Assembly (NCBI GenBank): GCA_045532055.1
Contig: JAZSFF010000026.1
Location: 24,291-88,290, forward strand
Length of the DNA: 64,000 nucleotides
Reading direction: 5' to 3'
Source: Clostridia bacterium
Lineage (GTDB): Bacteria > Bacillota > Clostridia > Monoglobales > Monoglobaceae
The notes beneath the pieces were generated by a model that saw only the letters and a list, made by a program, of their open reading frames with translations, did no database searches and had not been told where the DNA came from. The translations under genes were made by a program, and so were the position numbers. This document shows, piece by piece, positions 47,230-58,424 of the stretch (its first letter is position 1; each line of letters opens with the position of its first letter).

Positions 47230-47982
47230 TTACTGTGCCGCTTTTACAATTACAGCAAAGTCTGCACTCTTAAGGCTTGCGCCGCCGATGAGACCACCGT
47301 CGATATCAGCTTTCGCCAAAAGTTCTGCAGCATTGCCAGCATTCATACTGCCACCGTACTGAATTGTAACTTCCTTTGCACATTCTTCGCAGTAAAGGTC
47401 AGCAAAAATCTTTCTGATGCCTTCGCAAACTTCCTGTGCCTGTTCAGCAGTAGCAGTTTTGCCTGTGCCGATTGCCCAGATTGGTTCGTATGCAATAACA
47501 ACTTTCTTTGCATCTTCTGCAGCAATTCCTGCAAAAGCTTTCTTTGTCTGGATTGCAATCAAGTCCATTGTGATGCCTGCTTCTCTTTCTTCAAGGCTTT
47601 CACCAACACAAACGATGGGGATAAGGCCCTTTTCAAGAGCTTTCTTTGTTTTGAGGTTTACAGTCTCATCTGTTTCTGCGAAGTACTGTCTTCTTTCAGA
47701 GTGACCGATTATAACATAATCAACGCCCAAATCATTGAGCATGTCAGCACTTACTTCACCTGTAAATGCACCCTTGTCCTCAAAATGAAGATTCTCTGCA
47801 CCGATTTTTACATGTGTGTCTTTTGCAGCCCTTACTGCCTCAGAAAGACAAACATAAGGTGTGCAGCAAACTACCTCGCACTTAGCACCTTCTGTTGCAG
47901 CAGCAACCTCTTTAACAAAATCATATGTTTCGCTGGGCAACTTGTTCATTTTCCAGTTGCCGGCAATAATATACTTACCCAT
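47230..47982 (-). CDS. tpiA: triosephosphate isomerase
   Basis: 250 aa with IAGNWKMN, IIGHSERR and AYEPIWAIGTG. Confidence 0.95.
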   Translation of the reverse strand: MGKYIIAGNWKMNKLPSETYDFVKEVAAATEGAKCEVVCCTPYVCLSEAVRAAKDTHVKIGAENLHFEDKGAFTGEVSADMLNDLGVDYVIIGHSERRQYFAETDETVNLKTKKALEKGLIPIVCVGESLEEREAGITMDLIAIQTKKAFAGIAAEDAKKVVIAYEPIWAIGTGKTATAEQAQEVCEGIRKIFADLYCEECAKEVTIQYGGSMNAGNAAELLAKADIDGGLIGGASLKSADFAVIVKAAQ

Positions 47983-48008
47983 TTCAAAATTCTCCTTTAT
48001 CTTTTGAA

Positions 48009-49199
48009 TTATTTATTGTTTATAGCAACAACGCCGGGGAGGTCTTTGCCCTCGAGGAATACAAGAGAAGCACCGCCACCTGTTGAGATATGGCTCATCT
48101 TGTCGCCAAGACCTGCCTGATTAACAGCAGCAACACTATCACCGCCACCAATGATTGTTGTAGCATCAAGGTCAGCAAGCATAAGAGCTATTGCATTTGT
48201 ACCCTTTGCGAAGTTGGGCATCTCAAACACGCCCATAGGTCCGTTCCATACAACAGTCTTTGCATCTTTGAGAGCGTCTTTATAAAGTTCGATTGTCTTT
48301 TCACCAATATCAAGACCCTGCCAGCCTTTTTCAATGCCGCCACGAGCAACAGTCTTGCTTTCTGCATCGTTGTCAAACGCTTTTGCAACAACTGTATCAA
48401 CGGGAATAAGGAGCTTAACGCCTTTTTCTTCAGCCTTAGCCATCATTTCTTTTGCATAGTCAAGGTAGTCAGCCTCAAGAAGTGAATCTCCAACTTCTTC
48501 ACCAAGTGCATTCATAAATGTGTATGCCATACCGCCACCAATAATCAAGGTATCAACTTTTTCCAAAAGGTTGTTGATTACAGAAATCTTTGATGAAACC
48601 TTTGAGCCGCCAAGAACAGCTACAAGGGGTCTTACGGGGTTGTTTACTGCGTTTCCGAGGTATTCGATTTCCTTATTGATGAGGTATCCGCCAACAGCAG
48701 TGTCCACATATTCAGTAACACCAACATTTGAACAGTGTGCACGGTGTGCTGTACCAAATGCATCGTTTACAAAGATATCACAGAGACTTGCAAGTTCCTT
48801 GCTGAATGTGTCAATATTTTTTGTCTCTTCTGCTCTGTATCTTGTGTTTTCAAGAAGAACAACATCACCATCGTTCATTGCAGCAACCGCAGCCTTTGCA
48901 TTCTCGCCAACAACAGTATCGTCAGCTGCAAAAACAACATCTTTGCCCAAAAGCTCACTAAGACGTGCAGCAACAGGAGCAAGTGACAATTCGGGCTTGG
49001 GTTCGCCCTTGGGTTTGCCCATGTGTGAGCAAAGGATAACCTTTGCACCGTCAGCTATAAGTTTTTTGATTGTGGGAAGAGCCCCTACAATTCTTGTTTC
49101 ATCTGTGATTTTGCCATCCTTGATGGGAACGTTGAAGTCACAACGTACAAGGACACGTTTGCCCTTTGGACAGATATCATCAACTGTTTTTTTGTTCAT
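48009..49199 (-). CDS. pgk: phosphoglycerate kinase
   Basis: MNKKTVDDI...RCDFNVP...STGGGA. The ATG at 49199 follows GGAGGG. Confidence 0.95.
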   Translation of the reverse strand: MNKKTVDDICPKGKRVLVRCDFNVPIKDGKITDETRIVGALPTIKKLIADGAKVILCSHMGKPKGEPKPELSLAPVAARLSELLGKDVVFAADDTVVGENAKAAVAAMNDGDVVLLENTRYRAEETKNIDTFSKELASLCDIFVNDAFGTAHRAHCSNVGVTEYVDTAVGGYLINKEIEYLGNAVNNPVRPLVAVLGGSKVSSKISVINNLLEKVDTLIIGGGMAYTFMNALGEEVGDSLLEADYLDYAKEMMAKAEEKGVKLLIPVDTVVAKAFDNDAESKTVARGGIEKGWQGLDIGEKTIELYKDALKDAKTVVWNGPMGVFEMPNFAKGTNAIALMLADLDATTIIGGGDSVAAVNQAGLGDKMSHISTGGGASLVFLEGKDLPGVVAINNK

Positions 49200-49252
49200 T
49201 TTAAAACCCTCCAATATATTTATCTTAAAGTTTAATTAATTTCGCAGAATAT

Positions 49253-49297
49253 ATTTTACCCTATTTAGCAAAATTTATCAAGTGTTTTTTGTTAAAT
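49253..49297 (-). promoter_or_regulatory. sigmaA promoter of pgk-tpiA-gpmI with an A-rich upstream element
   Basis: Minus strand reads TTGATA (49276-49281), 17 nt, TAAAAT (49253-49258), preceded by ATTTAACAAAAAACAC. Near-identical to the rny promoter upstream block. Confidence 0.5.
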
Positions 49298-49322
49298 TTT
49301 TCGCAAAGTCATTGTTTATTAT

Positions 49323-50204
49323 TTAATCTGCATTGAACATACCAAACCGCTGTCTTGAAAACCCTTCAACAAATTCCATGTTTTTCATTTCCCAGACCAT
49401 GTCTTGATTATCATCTATGACTATCAATCCGCTGTTATAAATTACATACTTTCCTATAGCATCAACAAGTGCCCGCAAAGGCAAAAATGTCCTGCCGTTT
49501 CTCAAAACAGGTGCAACATCATTTTCTCTGACTTCTCCATCTACAGTGATTGACTTTTCTCCTATTTGGAGTAAAATTTCATGTTCTTTAACCGAAATTT
49601 CTACTGTTTGAGTCTCTTCAACCCAATTAACAGTTCCCCCATATTCTTCACACAAAAATCTTACAGGCAGATACGAGCGGTCTTTTTCCACAAACACCAC
49701 CGTTTCGGGATTTTCTTCGTCTATCAACTTTTCAACATCATTTACAATCGCCTTATTGCTTCCTACATACAAGAAAATACGCCTTTTTTTCTTTTCCGCT
49801 TCAATTTTTTCTTTGTTTATTTCTGCCATATACTCTTCATTTGTTATAACCTTACTCCAAAGTTTTCGCTTGAGTACAAACTTCTCAAGTTCATCCCAAT
49901 CAACAAAGTAATACCAGGCAACAGCCTTCCAAGAGCCCAGATCCTTAAGGTCTCTGAAAATCATTCGAACATCACTATCTGTTTTCATATATAGTCCATT
50001 CGGATTCAAGTCGCCCCTGTTTCTGGCTGACAATTCCATTATTCCGTCAATATAAAACACATCTTCCAGAGAACACTCCTCCCTAAGACAGCTTCTTATC
50101 CAATCTTCCCGTTTCATAACCTCTTTGGCACAAGGCAAAATCGGTTTTACCGTTATTGAAAAAACTATAATCGTTATTAATATCGAAATTCTTGTTTTTA
50201 CCAT
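49323..50204 (-). CDS. secreted protein with a copper-amine-oxidase N-terminal-like (stalk) domain
   Basis: Signal-like MVKTRISILITIIVFSI. The C-terminal YLPVRFLCEEYGGTVNW...GRTFLPLRALVDAIG is typical of the Cu_amine_oxidN1 domain. The start is moved to the internal ATG at 50204. Confidence 0.65.
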   Translation of the reverse strand: MVKTRISILITIIVFSITVKPILPCAKEVMKREDWIRSCLREECSLEDVFYIDGIMELSARNRGDLNPNGLYMKTDSDVRMIFRDLKDLGSWKAVAWYYFVDWDELEKFVLKRKLWSKVITNEEYMAEINKEKIEAEKKKRRIFLYVGSNKAIVNDVEKLIDEENPETVVFVEKDRSYLPVRFLCEEYGGTVNWVEETQTVEISVKEHEILLQIGEKSITVDGEVRENDVAPVLRNGRTFLPLRALVDAIGKYVIYNSGLIVIDDNQDMVWEMKNMEFVEGFSRQRFGMFNAD

Positions 50205-50278
50205 ACAAATCACCTTTGCATATTTAAAATATTCTAAAGTTTCCGTACAACACTGCACACAATATCAATCTAGAATAT

Positions 50279-51106
50279 TTAATCCCTTGTATTCTCAACT
50301 GCCAGATCAATTCTTTTAAAAAGTTCCTCCACCGACATATCTCCGCTTATGGTCAATCGTGTAAACGTACTCAATCCGTCAATCAGGCGATTAGCAAGAT
50401 AATCTTCCTCACTTGTATTGTCATTAACCAGAATCTGCATTCTGTAACCTGCATATTTTGCAAGGCTTGCTGTAGTCTTGTTGTACCCACCAAAGGGATA
50501 TGCAAATATGAAACAGTTTTTTTCTAAATTTCTCTCGATAAGATATTTTGACATACGAAGTTCAATCTGCATCTGGGCGGGGGTCATATCTGACACTTTT
50601 TTGTGTGTATGTGAATGGGAGTGTATGTCAATTATTCCGCTGTTCTGCATTTCCCTTGCCTGTTCCCATGTGAAATGGGGGTACGAAACATCTCCGTTTT
50701 CCCCTGTTGCACCCACTGTTGATGTAACAATAAAAATAGTAGCAGGGATATTGAGTTCCTTGAGCATAGGATATGCCACCTCATAATTGCTGAGGTATCC
50801 GTCATCAAAGGTTATTGCAATGGGATTTGGTGGAAGTGCTTTGCCTTTTTGAACGCTCTCGTAATAATCCCTCACCAGAATGGGTGTATATCCGCGTTCT
50901 AAAATTGCCAGCATATGCTCTTCAAAAAGCTCTGGGGTTATGTTTGCACCCACAGTTTCCTCAGGGTACTCCTCCACAATGTTGTGGTACATAAGTACGG
51001 GCACAATCTGGCTCCCGAAATCTTCCTCCGCAAAGCATATATTTACATTAAGAAATACCAAAACAGCAACAACTACCAGTGCTATTCTCCTCGTCCTCAG
51101 GTTCAT
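50279..51106 (-). CDS. polysaccharide deacetylase family protein (NodB-type)
   Basis: 275 aa with a signal peptide, TFDDGY and HSHSHTH motifs. Confidence 0.82.
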   Translation of the reverse strand: MNLRTRRIALVVVAVLVFLNVNICFAEEDFGSQIVPVLMYHNIVEEYPEETVGANITPELFEEHMLAILERGYTPILVRDYYESVQKGKALPPNPIAITFDDGYLSNYEVAYPMLKELNIPATIFIVTSTVGATGENGDVSYPHFTWEQAREMQNSGIIDIHSHSHTHKKVSDMTPAQMQIELRMSKYLIERNLEKNCFIFAYPFGGYNKTTASLAKYAGYRMQILVNDNTSEEDYLANRLIDGLSTFTRLTISGDMSVEELFKRIDLAVENTRD

Positions 51107-51135
51107 TTTTTTATCCTCCTGAAATTTTTATCAAA

Positions 51136-52455
51136 TCATTCAAAAGTCTTTGTCAGAACATCCACAAGCTCACCATTGCTGTCAGTTTTAGTAAGCTGAT
51201 TTATTATACTTTCCGTGACCTCAGCAGTGTTTTGTGAGCTGTACGCCTTGCGTATACTCCAGATTGCCTCCAATTCTTTCTGTTCAAGGAGCAATTCCTC
51301 TTTGCGTGTGCCCGACTTGGCAATATCTATAGCCGGGAAAACACGCTTTTCCTGAAGCTTTCGGTCAAGGTGCACCTCCATATTTCCTGTGCCCTTGAAT
51401 TCCTCAAATATGACATCATCCATACGGCTGCCTGTCTCAACCAAGGCTGTTGCCAATATTGTCAAGCTACCGCCGTCCTCAATATTTCTTGCTGCACCGA
51501 AAAACCTTTTTGGTTTGTAGAGCGCACCAGGGTCAAGTCCTCCCGAAAGGGTCCTGCCCGAAGGCATAACAGTCAAATTATATGCCCTTGCGAGACGGGT
51601 AATGCTGTCAAGAAGAATCACTACATCTTTTTTATGTTCAACAAGGCGTTTTGCACGTTCAAGAACAATTTCTGCCACTTTGGTATGGTTTGAGGGGTCT
51701 TCATCAAAGGTTGAATATATTACGTCACCCTTTATACTCCTTTGCATATCAGTAACTTCCTCAGGTCTCTCATCAATAAGAAGCACTATCAGGTGTGCAT
51801 CGGGATTATTCTCAGAAATACTGTTTGCGATACTTTTCAAAAGTGTTGTCTTGCCCGCTTTTGGCGGTGCAACAATTATTCCTCTCTGACCCTTTCCAAT
51901 AGGTGCTACCAAATCAATCATACGCATTGAAAAGTCCGTTCTGCCCCGCTCCAATTTAATTCTCTCTGTAGGATATACAGGTGTGAGGTCATCAAAAGCC
52001 TTGCGTCTTATGGAAACATCCACCTTGTCCCCATTTACCGTCTGAACATACAGAAGAGCCTGATAGCGTTCTCCCTCATGTTGCATTCTGGTATTGCCTA
52101 CTATATAATCACCTGTTTTAAGGTTGAACCGTCTTATCTGGTTGGATGACACATATACATCATTCTCGCCGGATTGATAATTGTCACTTCTCAAAAAACC
52201 ATATCCATCAGCCAGAACCTCTAAAACGCCACTCATAAGGTTGGTTCTGCGAACAGGGTCAGAGTATACAATCTCACCGGCAACTGATGGTTCATTGTCA
52301 TTATTCTTTTCTTCCTTCTTTTCCTCGACAAACGTCCCTATAATCTTTTCAATAAGCTCATCTTTCTTTAGTTTTGATATATTTTTAATGCCGTTTTTTC
52401 GGGCAATTTCTTGCAATTCCTTTATTTTCAGTGTTTGCAACTCATTTTTAGTCAC
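51136..52455 (-). CDS. rho: transcription termination factor Rho
   Basis: Walker A PPKAGKT, a Rho RNA-binding domain and an N-terminal SAP-like [12 protein letters not shown] prefer the GTG at 52455, 7 nt after GGAGGT, over the upstream TTG in the ORF track. Confidence 0.92.
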   Translation of the reverse strand: MTKNELQTLKIKELQEIARKNGIKNISKLKKDELIEKIIGTFVEEKKEEKNNDNEPSVAGEIVYSDPVRRTNLMSGVLEVLADGYGFLRSDNYQSGENDVYVSSNQIRRFNLKTGDYIVGNTRMQHEGERYQALLYVQTVNGDKVDVSIRRKAFDDLTPVYPTERIKLERGRTDFSMRMIDLVAPIGKGQRGIIVAPPKAGKTTLLKSIANSISENNPDAHLIVLLIDERPEEVTDMQRSIKGDVIYSTFDEDPSNHTKVAEIVLERAKRLVEHKKDVVILLDSITRLARAYNLTVMPSGRTLSGGLDPGALYKPKRFFGAARNIEDGGSLTILATALVETGSRMDDVIFEEFKGTGNMEVHLDRKLQEKRVFPAIDIAKSGTRKEELLLEQKELEAIWSIRKAYSSQNTAEVTESIINQLTKTDSNGELVDVLTKTFE

Positions 52456-53077
52456 CTTTTCTACCTCCGTCAATAAAATTCAGTACTACATTCTTTTGAT
52501 ACATTTCTGATGCAAACATAGATTTGTCTATCTCACTCATTATCTTGCTGTCAGCATTAATTGGTGCAACAACAACCATCAACGCAAAAGCTATATACAA
52601 AACCACAACTCCTGCCAGTCCGCCAAGCAACATACCACCAAAACGGTTGAACTGCTTTATAACAGGCAGTTTAGTGAATATATTCAGCAAATTCCCTACC
52701 ACTTTGATTATGATTTTAAACAATACGACAACCAATACAAACGCCAGAATATCTATTATAAGTTGTGCAATAGAACCTGATATACCCTCAGCAGCACTCT
52801 CCAGTCCATTACCAATATACTTGGATAAGACTCCAAAAACACCCTCTTGTGGCATTTGAATGCTTTCCGATACATAATTTTTGTTTATTACTTCCTTAAG
52901 ATATGGATAAAGAGGGGTCTTAAGCAAAAAGCCTGAAACAACAGGATAAAACAAAAATGATAATATAAATGAAATTATGTAAGAAACTATGTTAATCAAA
53001 GACTTCATAAACCCTGCTTTGTATCCTATTATCACAAAAAGCACTACAACCCCGATTACCAAAGCATCTGCTAACAT
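52448..53077 (-). CDS. cvpA: CvpA-family membrane protein
   Basis: 209 aa with four hydrophobic helices and a CvpA-like N-terminus. Confidence 0.7.
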   Translation of the reverse strand: MLADALVIGVVVLFVIIGYKAGFMKSLINIVSYIISFILSFLFYPVVSGFLLKTPLYPYLKEVINKNYVSESIQMPQEGVFGVLSKYIGNGLESAAEGISGSIAQLIIDILAFVLVVVLFKIIIKVVGNLLNIFTKLPVIKQFNRFGGMLLGGLAGVVVLYIAFALMVVVAPINADSKIMSEIDKSMFASEMYQKNVVLNFIDGGRKGD

Positions 53078-53094
53078 AATCTATCTCTCCTTAA

Positions 53095-54195
53095 TTATTT
53101 TACTTTCAAAATTTCTGCACTACTTCCGCCCAAAGACAAAAACTTGTCCCTGCCAGCAAATAATTTTATTTCTTTTACATCCCGACTGATTTCTGTTTCA
53201 CTTTTAATTTTGCCCGATGGCGTCACCCGGATTACGCCTTTTGGGGTGACCGCAAGAATGCATTCGCCATTTACGTCAAAATCTGTTATCTTGCTGTCCG
53301 CCTCATATTTGCCACGCAACTTGCCCTTTGCCGAATAACTTTCAAGAACCGTATTATTAAGTCCACTGTCAAAGGCAAATATCATATTGCCAGGCGTATC
53401 TATATTGCAATCCACAGGAACTCTGCCATCAAAGTCAACTGCAAAGTCCTGTTTTCCACTACGTTTAAACCCATAAACCCCGCTTTCGGACACTGCAATC
53501 AATCTGCCATTATCCTTGAAGTTGAGTTTCATAACTATTCCATCAAGTTCAGCTATACAATTTGCTTTTTCAGGAGAACGGGTATCAATCAACATGATAC
53601 GGCTGTACACATGTTCCTTATCAGTCATAATCTGGGCTACTGCCAGTTTGTTTTTTGATGCAATATCAATATCGCCTATATATCCCGTTCCGCTGTACCA
53701 CTTGAATATATCTTTGCCGTTCTTGTCAAATATCCTGACAGCACCCTTATATCCAAGTTCGTCAGTTGCCACTGCCACATAACCATTTTTATTCAGCTTT
53801 GCTGATAATATTTCCCTTTCAGTTTTGATTTGTGTGATAATTTTGTCCCTTTCATATACATTCACTGTGGTACCATTTATATCAGCCAACATGATATAAT
53901 CATTTTTTGTTATCACAACAGGAGCTGTGGTGGGAGCTACAATGCTCCAGTTTTCTCTTCCGCCATCATCAACTGCACGGATTCCTTCGCTGCTGACCAA
54001 AAGCATCTCTTTGCCGGCAGCCTGCAGGCTGTAGTTGATTCCTGTCTGCAAATTCAGTTTAACCGTATCCGGTCTGAGAATAAATTTCTGTACTTCCGGG
54101 TTTGAAAAAACCATAACCGCTATCGCCACAAAAACAATGATAACCGCCACGACCCTCTTCTTATTCAAAAAGCCTTTAACTTTCACCATCACCAC
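53095..54195 (-). CDS. membrane-anchored hypothetical protein, beta-rich (propeller-like) ectodomain
   Basis: 366 aa with a single N-terminal TM (VVAVIIVFVAIAVMVF). Repetitive beta-strand-like segments follow. Overlaps the truA stop by 7 nt. Confidence 0.6.
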   Translation of the reverse strand: MVMVKVKGFLNKKRVVAVIIVFVAIAVMVFSNPEVQKFILRPDTVKLNLQTGINYSLQAAGKEMLLVSSEGIRAVDDGGRENWSIVAPTTAPVVITKNDYIMLADINGTTVNVYERDKIITQIKTEREILSAKLNKNGYVAVATDELGYKGAVRIFDKNGKDIFKWYSGTGYIGDIDIASKNKLAVAQIMTDKEHVYSRIMLIDTRSPEKANCIAELDGIVMKLNFKDNGRLIAVSESGVYGFKRSGKQDFAVDFDGRVPVDCNIDTPGNMIFAFDSGLNNTVLESYSAKGKLRGKYEADSKITDFDVNGECILAVTPKGVIRVTPSGKIKSETEISRDVKEIKLFAGRDKFLSLGGSSAEILKVK

Positions 54196-54956
54196 TCCAA
54201 AACTTTGGTATCATAAAACACTTTATACAAAAACAGTCCCTCCGGAGGCGCCGTCATCCCCGCACCCCGTCTGTCACAATTTGCAATAATTTCACGGATA
54301 TCCTCACTTTTTTTTCTGCCTGTTCCTACCTCTACTAAGGTTCCAGATATAATTCGAACCATGTTGTAAAGAAAGGCGTCTGCCTCCACCTCTATCTCAA
54401 TCTGTTCCTGCCACTCACGGCTTTCACCCACCACGCAATCACGGATGGTTCTTACCGTTGTTTTTTGGGAACCTCCAGCCGCCATGAATGCAGAAAAGTC
54501 ATGTGTTCCGCAAAAATATTCTGCCGCCTTTTTCATTTCTTCAATATTAAGATTGTATGGCACATGCCAACTGTATTTTGATGTAAAGGGGTTTTGTATA
54601 TTGGAATTCCAAATTTTATAGATATACCGTTTTCCATTTGATGAAAAACGGGCATTAAAATCTTCATCGACTTCTTTTGCCGCAACTGCCGCAATATCAT
54701 CTTCGCCCAGATGGGTGTTTATGGCATATGGAATTCTGTCATCTGGGATTTTTGTATTGCTTTTGAAATTGAACACATACTCAAAGGCATGGACACCTGC
54801 ATCAGTCCTGCTGCAACCGCAGACTGACACTCTCTCACCAATAATTTCGGAGAGAACAGATTCCATTCTTTCCTGGACAGTAATACCGTTTTTTTGAATT
54901 TGCCAACCGTGATAACGGCTGCCATCATACATAATTTTTACCGCTATATTTCTCAT
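54189..54956 (-). CDS. truA: tRNA pseudouridine(38-40) synthase
   Basis: MRNIAVKIMYDGSRYHGWQ...RTDAGVHA. The start at 54956 immediately follows the ecfT stop. Confidence 0.92.
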   Translation of the reverse strand: MRNIAVKIMYDGSRYHGWQIQKNGITVQERMESVLSEIIGERVSVCGCSRTDAGVHAFEYVFNFKSNTKIPDDRIPYAINTHLGEDDIAAVAAKEVDEDFNARFSSNGKRYIYKIWNSNIQNPFTSKYSWHVPYNLNIEEMKKAAEYFCGTHDFSAFMAAGGSQKTTVRTIRDCVVGESREWQEQIEIEVEADAFLYNMVRIISGTLVEVGTGRKKSEDIREIIANCDRRGAGMTAPPEGLFLYKVFYDTKVLEW

Positions 54957-55762
54957 ACGCCAAATCCTAACATATTCGTCAGTATAACCAATACTGTAAG
55001 GAACAATATGGCTGACCAACCTACTATATCGCATTTTCCCATTTTAAGTTCGCGAAGGCGTGTCCTGTGTTCTCCCCCGCGGTAGCATCTGCATTCCATC
55101 GCCATTGCCAAGTCATCAGCACGACGGAATGCACTTACAAAAAGAGGGATCAAAATCGGAATCATAGCCTTTGCACGGCTTAAAAGATTTCCGCTTTCAA
55201 AATCCGCACCTCTTGCAGTCTGTGCCTTTATAATCTTTTCTGTCTCCTCCAGAAGTGTGGGAACAAATCTCAAGGCTATTGTCATCATCATAGCAAGTTC
55301 ATGTGCCGGCACGCCTATTTTTTTAAAGGGCGAAAGCAAATATTCTATGCCGTCTGTAAGGGCAATGGGCGATGTTGTAAGAGTCAGAAGAGATGTGCCC
55401 AACACAAGGAAAAACAATCTCAAAACCATAAATATTGCTAAATTTACTCCCTCATAGGTTATGGTCAAAAACGCCCATGACCAAAGTACACGTCCGTTAG
55501 TCAGAAACAAATTGAAAATCGCAGTAATTGCCACAAACAGCATAATAGGTTTCAATCCCTTGAGAACAAACCCGAAAGGTATACGTGAACAGAGCACGCA
55601 CAGAGCGGTAAAAATTGCCAGAAGTCCATAACCAACAAAGCTCTTTATGCAAAAGACAACAGCTATGTAGATAATTACACAAAGAATTTTGGTTCTGGGA
55701 TCAAGTCGGTGGAGCAGTGACTTCCCTGGGAAATACTGCCCTAAAGTGATATCTTTAAGCAT
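54953..55762 (-). CDS. ecfT: ECF transporter transmembrane component
   Basis: 269 aa polytopic protein with the ARG..FES coupling motif (QTARGADFESG). Confidence 0.88.
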   Translation of the reverse strand: MLKDITLGQYFPGKSLLHRLDPRTKILCVIIYIAVVFCIKSFVGYGLLAIFTALCVLCSRIPFGFVLKGLKPIMLFVAITAIFNLFLTNGRVLWSWAFLTITYEGVNLAIFMVLRLFFLVLGTSLLTLTTSPIALTDGIEYLLSPFKKIGVPAHELAMMMTIALRFVPTLLEETEKIIKAQTARGADFESGNLLSRAKAMIPILIPLFVSAFRRADDLAMAMECRCYRGGEHRTRLRELKMGKCDIVGWSAILFLTVLVILTNMLGFGV

Positions 55763-55784
55763 AATATTATCAACTCTTTTCCTT

Positions 55785-56630
55785 TCATCTGTTTAGTATC
55801 TTTTCAATTTCCGCCTTTGCCATATGCACTGTATATATTCCCTCAGGAAGAGGCATTCCTGCATTCCTTAGCCTGTTGCACACATCTGTAATATGGGGTA
55901 CCGACAAACCCATTCTTCTCAATTCCTCTGCCTTTTTGAAAATTTCTGATGTCTTGTCGCACATTGCTATGCTTCCCTGATTCATCACCACAATTCTGTC
56001 CGCTATTTCAGCAATATCCTCCATGCTGTGAGAAACCAGAACAACAGTAACACCAAGGCGTTTGTGCATATCACGGATTTTGCACAAAATCTCATCTCTG
56101 CCTTTGGGGTCAAGACCTGCCGTTGGCTCATCAAGTATAAGGAGTTTGGGTTCCATGGCAAGTACGCCGGCAATGGCAACTCTTCTTTTTTGTCCACCGG
56201 ATAGTTCGAAAGGCGATTTTTCCAGAATTTCCGGTTTCAATCCAACCAAATCCGCCGCAAAATGCACACGCCTTTCGATTTCATCTTCCGAAAGTTTCAT
56301 GTTTGATGGGCCAAATGCAATATCTTTAAACACAGTCTCTTCAAAAAGCTGATATTCCGGGTACTGCATAACAAGTCCGATACCAAACCTGATTTTCCGC
56401 ATATCTGCACCCTTTTGGTGTAGCATCTGTCCATCTATTTCCACTGTTCCGCTACTTGGCTTTATAAGGCCTGCCATAAGTTGCACAAGGGTTGACTTTC
56501 CTGAACCTGTATGTCCCATAAGCCCCACAAACTCGCCTTTTTCAAGGGTAAGGTTTATATCCTTTACTGCTGTTTTTTCAAAAGGGCCTCCGCTCATATA
56601 GGTATAGCTTACGTCACTCATTCTGACCAT
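55785..56630 (-). CDS. ecfA2: ECF transporter ATPase subunit A2
   Basis: Walker [10 protein letters not shown], signature LSGGQKRR and Walker B LILDEP. Start is placed at an internal ATG overlapping the ecfA1 end. Confidence 0.88.
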   Translation of the reverse strand: MVRMSDVSYTYMSGGPFEKTAVKDINLTLEKGEFVGLMGHTGSGKSTLVQLMAGLIKPSSGTVEIDGQMLHQKGADMRKIRFGIGLVMQYPEYQLFEETVFKDIAFGPSNMKLSEDEIERRVHFAADLVGLKPEILEKSPFELSGGQKRRVAIAGVLAMEPKLLILDEPTAGLDPKGRDEILCKIRDMHKRLGVTVVLVSHSMEDIAEIADRIVVMNQGSIAMCDKTSEIFKKAEELRRMGLSVPHITDVCNRLRNAGMPLPEGIYTVHMAKAEIEKILNR

Positions 56631-57519
56631 TTGAGACACCTCCTTTGGCTTTGAAAACAGACATAATCTCATCCACACATTCATCAATGGTCAAAAGGTC
56701 GTCCCTGAGTTCAATTCCCGATTTTTTCAAACAGTACAAGAGTTCTGTGGTTTGTGGAACATCAAGTCCTATTTTTTTCAGTTCTTCAACCTGACTGAAC
56801 ACCTCTCTTGGTGTACCCTCCATAACCGCTTTGCCGTGGTCCATAACCACAATTCTGTCCGCAAGGGCAGCTTCTTCCATAAAATGCGTTATCATTATTA
56901 CCGTTATATTTTCTTCCTGATTAAGCTTTTTGACAGTGTTCATAATCTCCTGTCTGCCCACAGGGTCAAGCATAGCGGTTGGCTCATCCATAACAAGTAT
57001 ATCCGGTTTCATTGCAAGCACTCCGGCAATGGCAATTCTTTGCTTTTGACCTCCGCTGAGCATATGTGGGGCATGCTGTGCAAACCTGGTCATGTTCACA
57101 GCATCCAAGGCATAGTCCACCCTCTTGCGAATTTCAGCAGGCTCTATCCCTAAATTTTCAGGTGCAAATGCCACATCTTCCTCAACAATGGTTGCAACAA
57201 GCTGATTATCGGGGTTTTGGAAAACCATTCCAACTTTTTGTCTTATATCATAAAGAACACTGTCATCAGAAGTATCCATTCCCTCAACCACTACACTTCC
57301 GCTATTTGGCACAAATATGGCATTAAGGTGTTTTGCAAGTGTTGATTTGCCTGAGCCATTATGCCCCAAAATCGCCAGAAATTCGCCTTTTTTGACACAC
57401 AAATCAACCCCTTTGAGCACAGGGGTGGCGTTGTCTGTCTCGTCATCATAGGAAAACCTCAGGTCCTTTATTTCTATAACTGTTTTTTGTGTATCTTTTT
57501 CCAAACTGTCCACCTTCAT
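56614..57519 (-). CDS. ecfA1: ECF transporter ATPase subunit A1
   Basis: Walker [10 protein letters not shown], signature LSGGQKQR and Walker B LVMDEP. Confidence 0.9.
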   Translation of the reverse strand: MKVDSLEKDTQKTVIEIKDLRFSYDDETDNATPVLKGVDLCVKKGEFLAILGHNGSGKSTLAKHLNAIFVPNSGSVVVEGMDTSDDSVLYDIRQKVGMVFQNPDNQLVATIVEEDVAFAPENLGIEPAEIRKRVDYALDAVNMTRFAQHAPHMLSGGQKQRIAIAGVLAMKPDILVMDEPTAMLDPVGRQEIMNTVKKLNQEENITVIMITHFMEEAALADRIVVMDHGKAVMEGTPREVFSQVEELKKIGLDVPQTTELLYCLKKSGIELRDDLLTIDECVDEIMSVFKAKGGVSNGQNE

Positions 57520-57537
57520 TTTGACGGGTTTAACTTT

Positions 57538-58410
57538 TTATCTGCTCCATCTGCCCGAATATCCACAGGGCAAGACCAAATTGTTCTTTGTAACAGGAAG
57601 ACCAATTTCGTCCACAGATATGTTTCCGCCAAATTTCTTTTGTAAAGTCATCTTGTATATATTTTCAAGCACTCCGCCTGATAGCCCTGTTGTATATGAG
57701 TTTATCAGAAAGAAAAGAGGTTCATCCGACAAAACGCCCATACACAGCTCTACCAAATCAAAAAGTTCATCCTCTATCTTCCAGACTTCCCCTGAGGGGC
57801 CTCTTCCGTAGGATGGCGGGTCCATAATCACCGCATCATACTTTCTGCCACGTCTGATTTCACGCTCAGTAAACTTTTTTACATCGTCCACAATATACCT
57901 TATGGGACACTTGTCAAGTCCTGAGAGAACGGCATTCTCCTTTGCCCAGCCTACCATTCCCTTTGATGCATCAACATGGCACACCGAGGCACCTGCCGCC
58001 GCTGCCGCCATTGTAGCACCACCGGTATAGGCAAACAGATTAAGAACATTCACATTCTCTCTGCCGGATTTTTTTATTATATCCGAAAACCAGTCCCAGT
58101 TGGCTGCCTGCTCAGGAAACAGTCCTGTATGCTTGAATCCCATCATCTTGATTCCAAACCTGAGGTCGCGATATCTGACTGTCCAGCTTTCCGGCATGCC
58201 TTTGCGGCTTTCCCAGTGTCCTCCGCCGCTGTTGCTGCGATAATAATGGGCATCAGCCGACTTCCAGAGGGAGCTGTTTTTTGTATCCTTGATTTCCCAT
58301 ACAATCTGGGGATCAGGCCGCCTCAGGACAATATCTCCCCAGCGTTCCAACTTTTCGCCCCGACTGGCATCCAGGAGTTCATAATCTTTCCATTTATCCG
58401 ATAAAAACAT
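57538..58410 (-). CDS. class I SAM-dependent (rRNA large-subunit-type) methyltransferase
   Basis: 290 aa with LNLFAYTGG (motif I) and IMDPPSYG (motif IV, typical of RlmI/K-like enzymes). Confidence 0.75.
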   Translation of the reverse strand: MFLSDKWKDYELLDASRGEKLERWGDIVLRRPDPQIVWEIKDTKNSSLWKSADAHYYRSNSGGGHWESRKGMPESWTVRYRDLRFGIKMMGFKHTGLFPEQAANWDWFSDIIKKSGRENVNVLNLFAYTGGATMAAAAAGASVCHVDASKGMVGWAKENAVLSGLDKCPIRYIVDDVKKFTEREIRRGRKYDAVIMDPPSYGRGPSGEVWKIEDELFDLVELCMGVLSDEPLFFLINSYTTGLSGGVLENIYKMTLQKKFGGNISVDEIGLPVTKNNLVLPCGYSGRWSR

Positions 58411-58424
58411 AACTTGCCTCTTTT

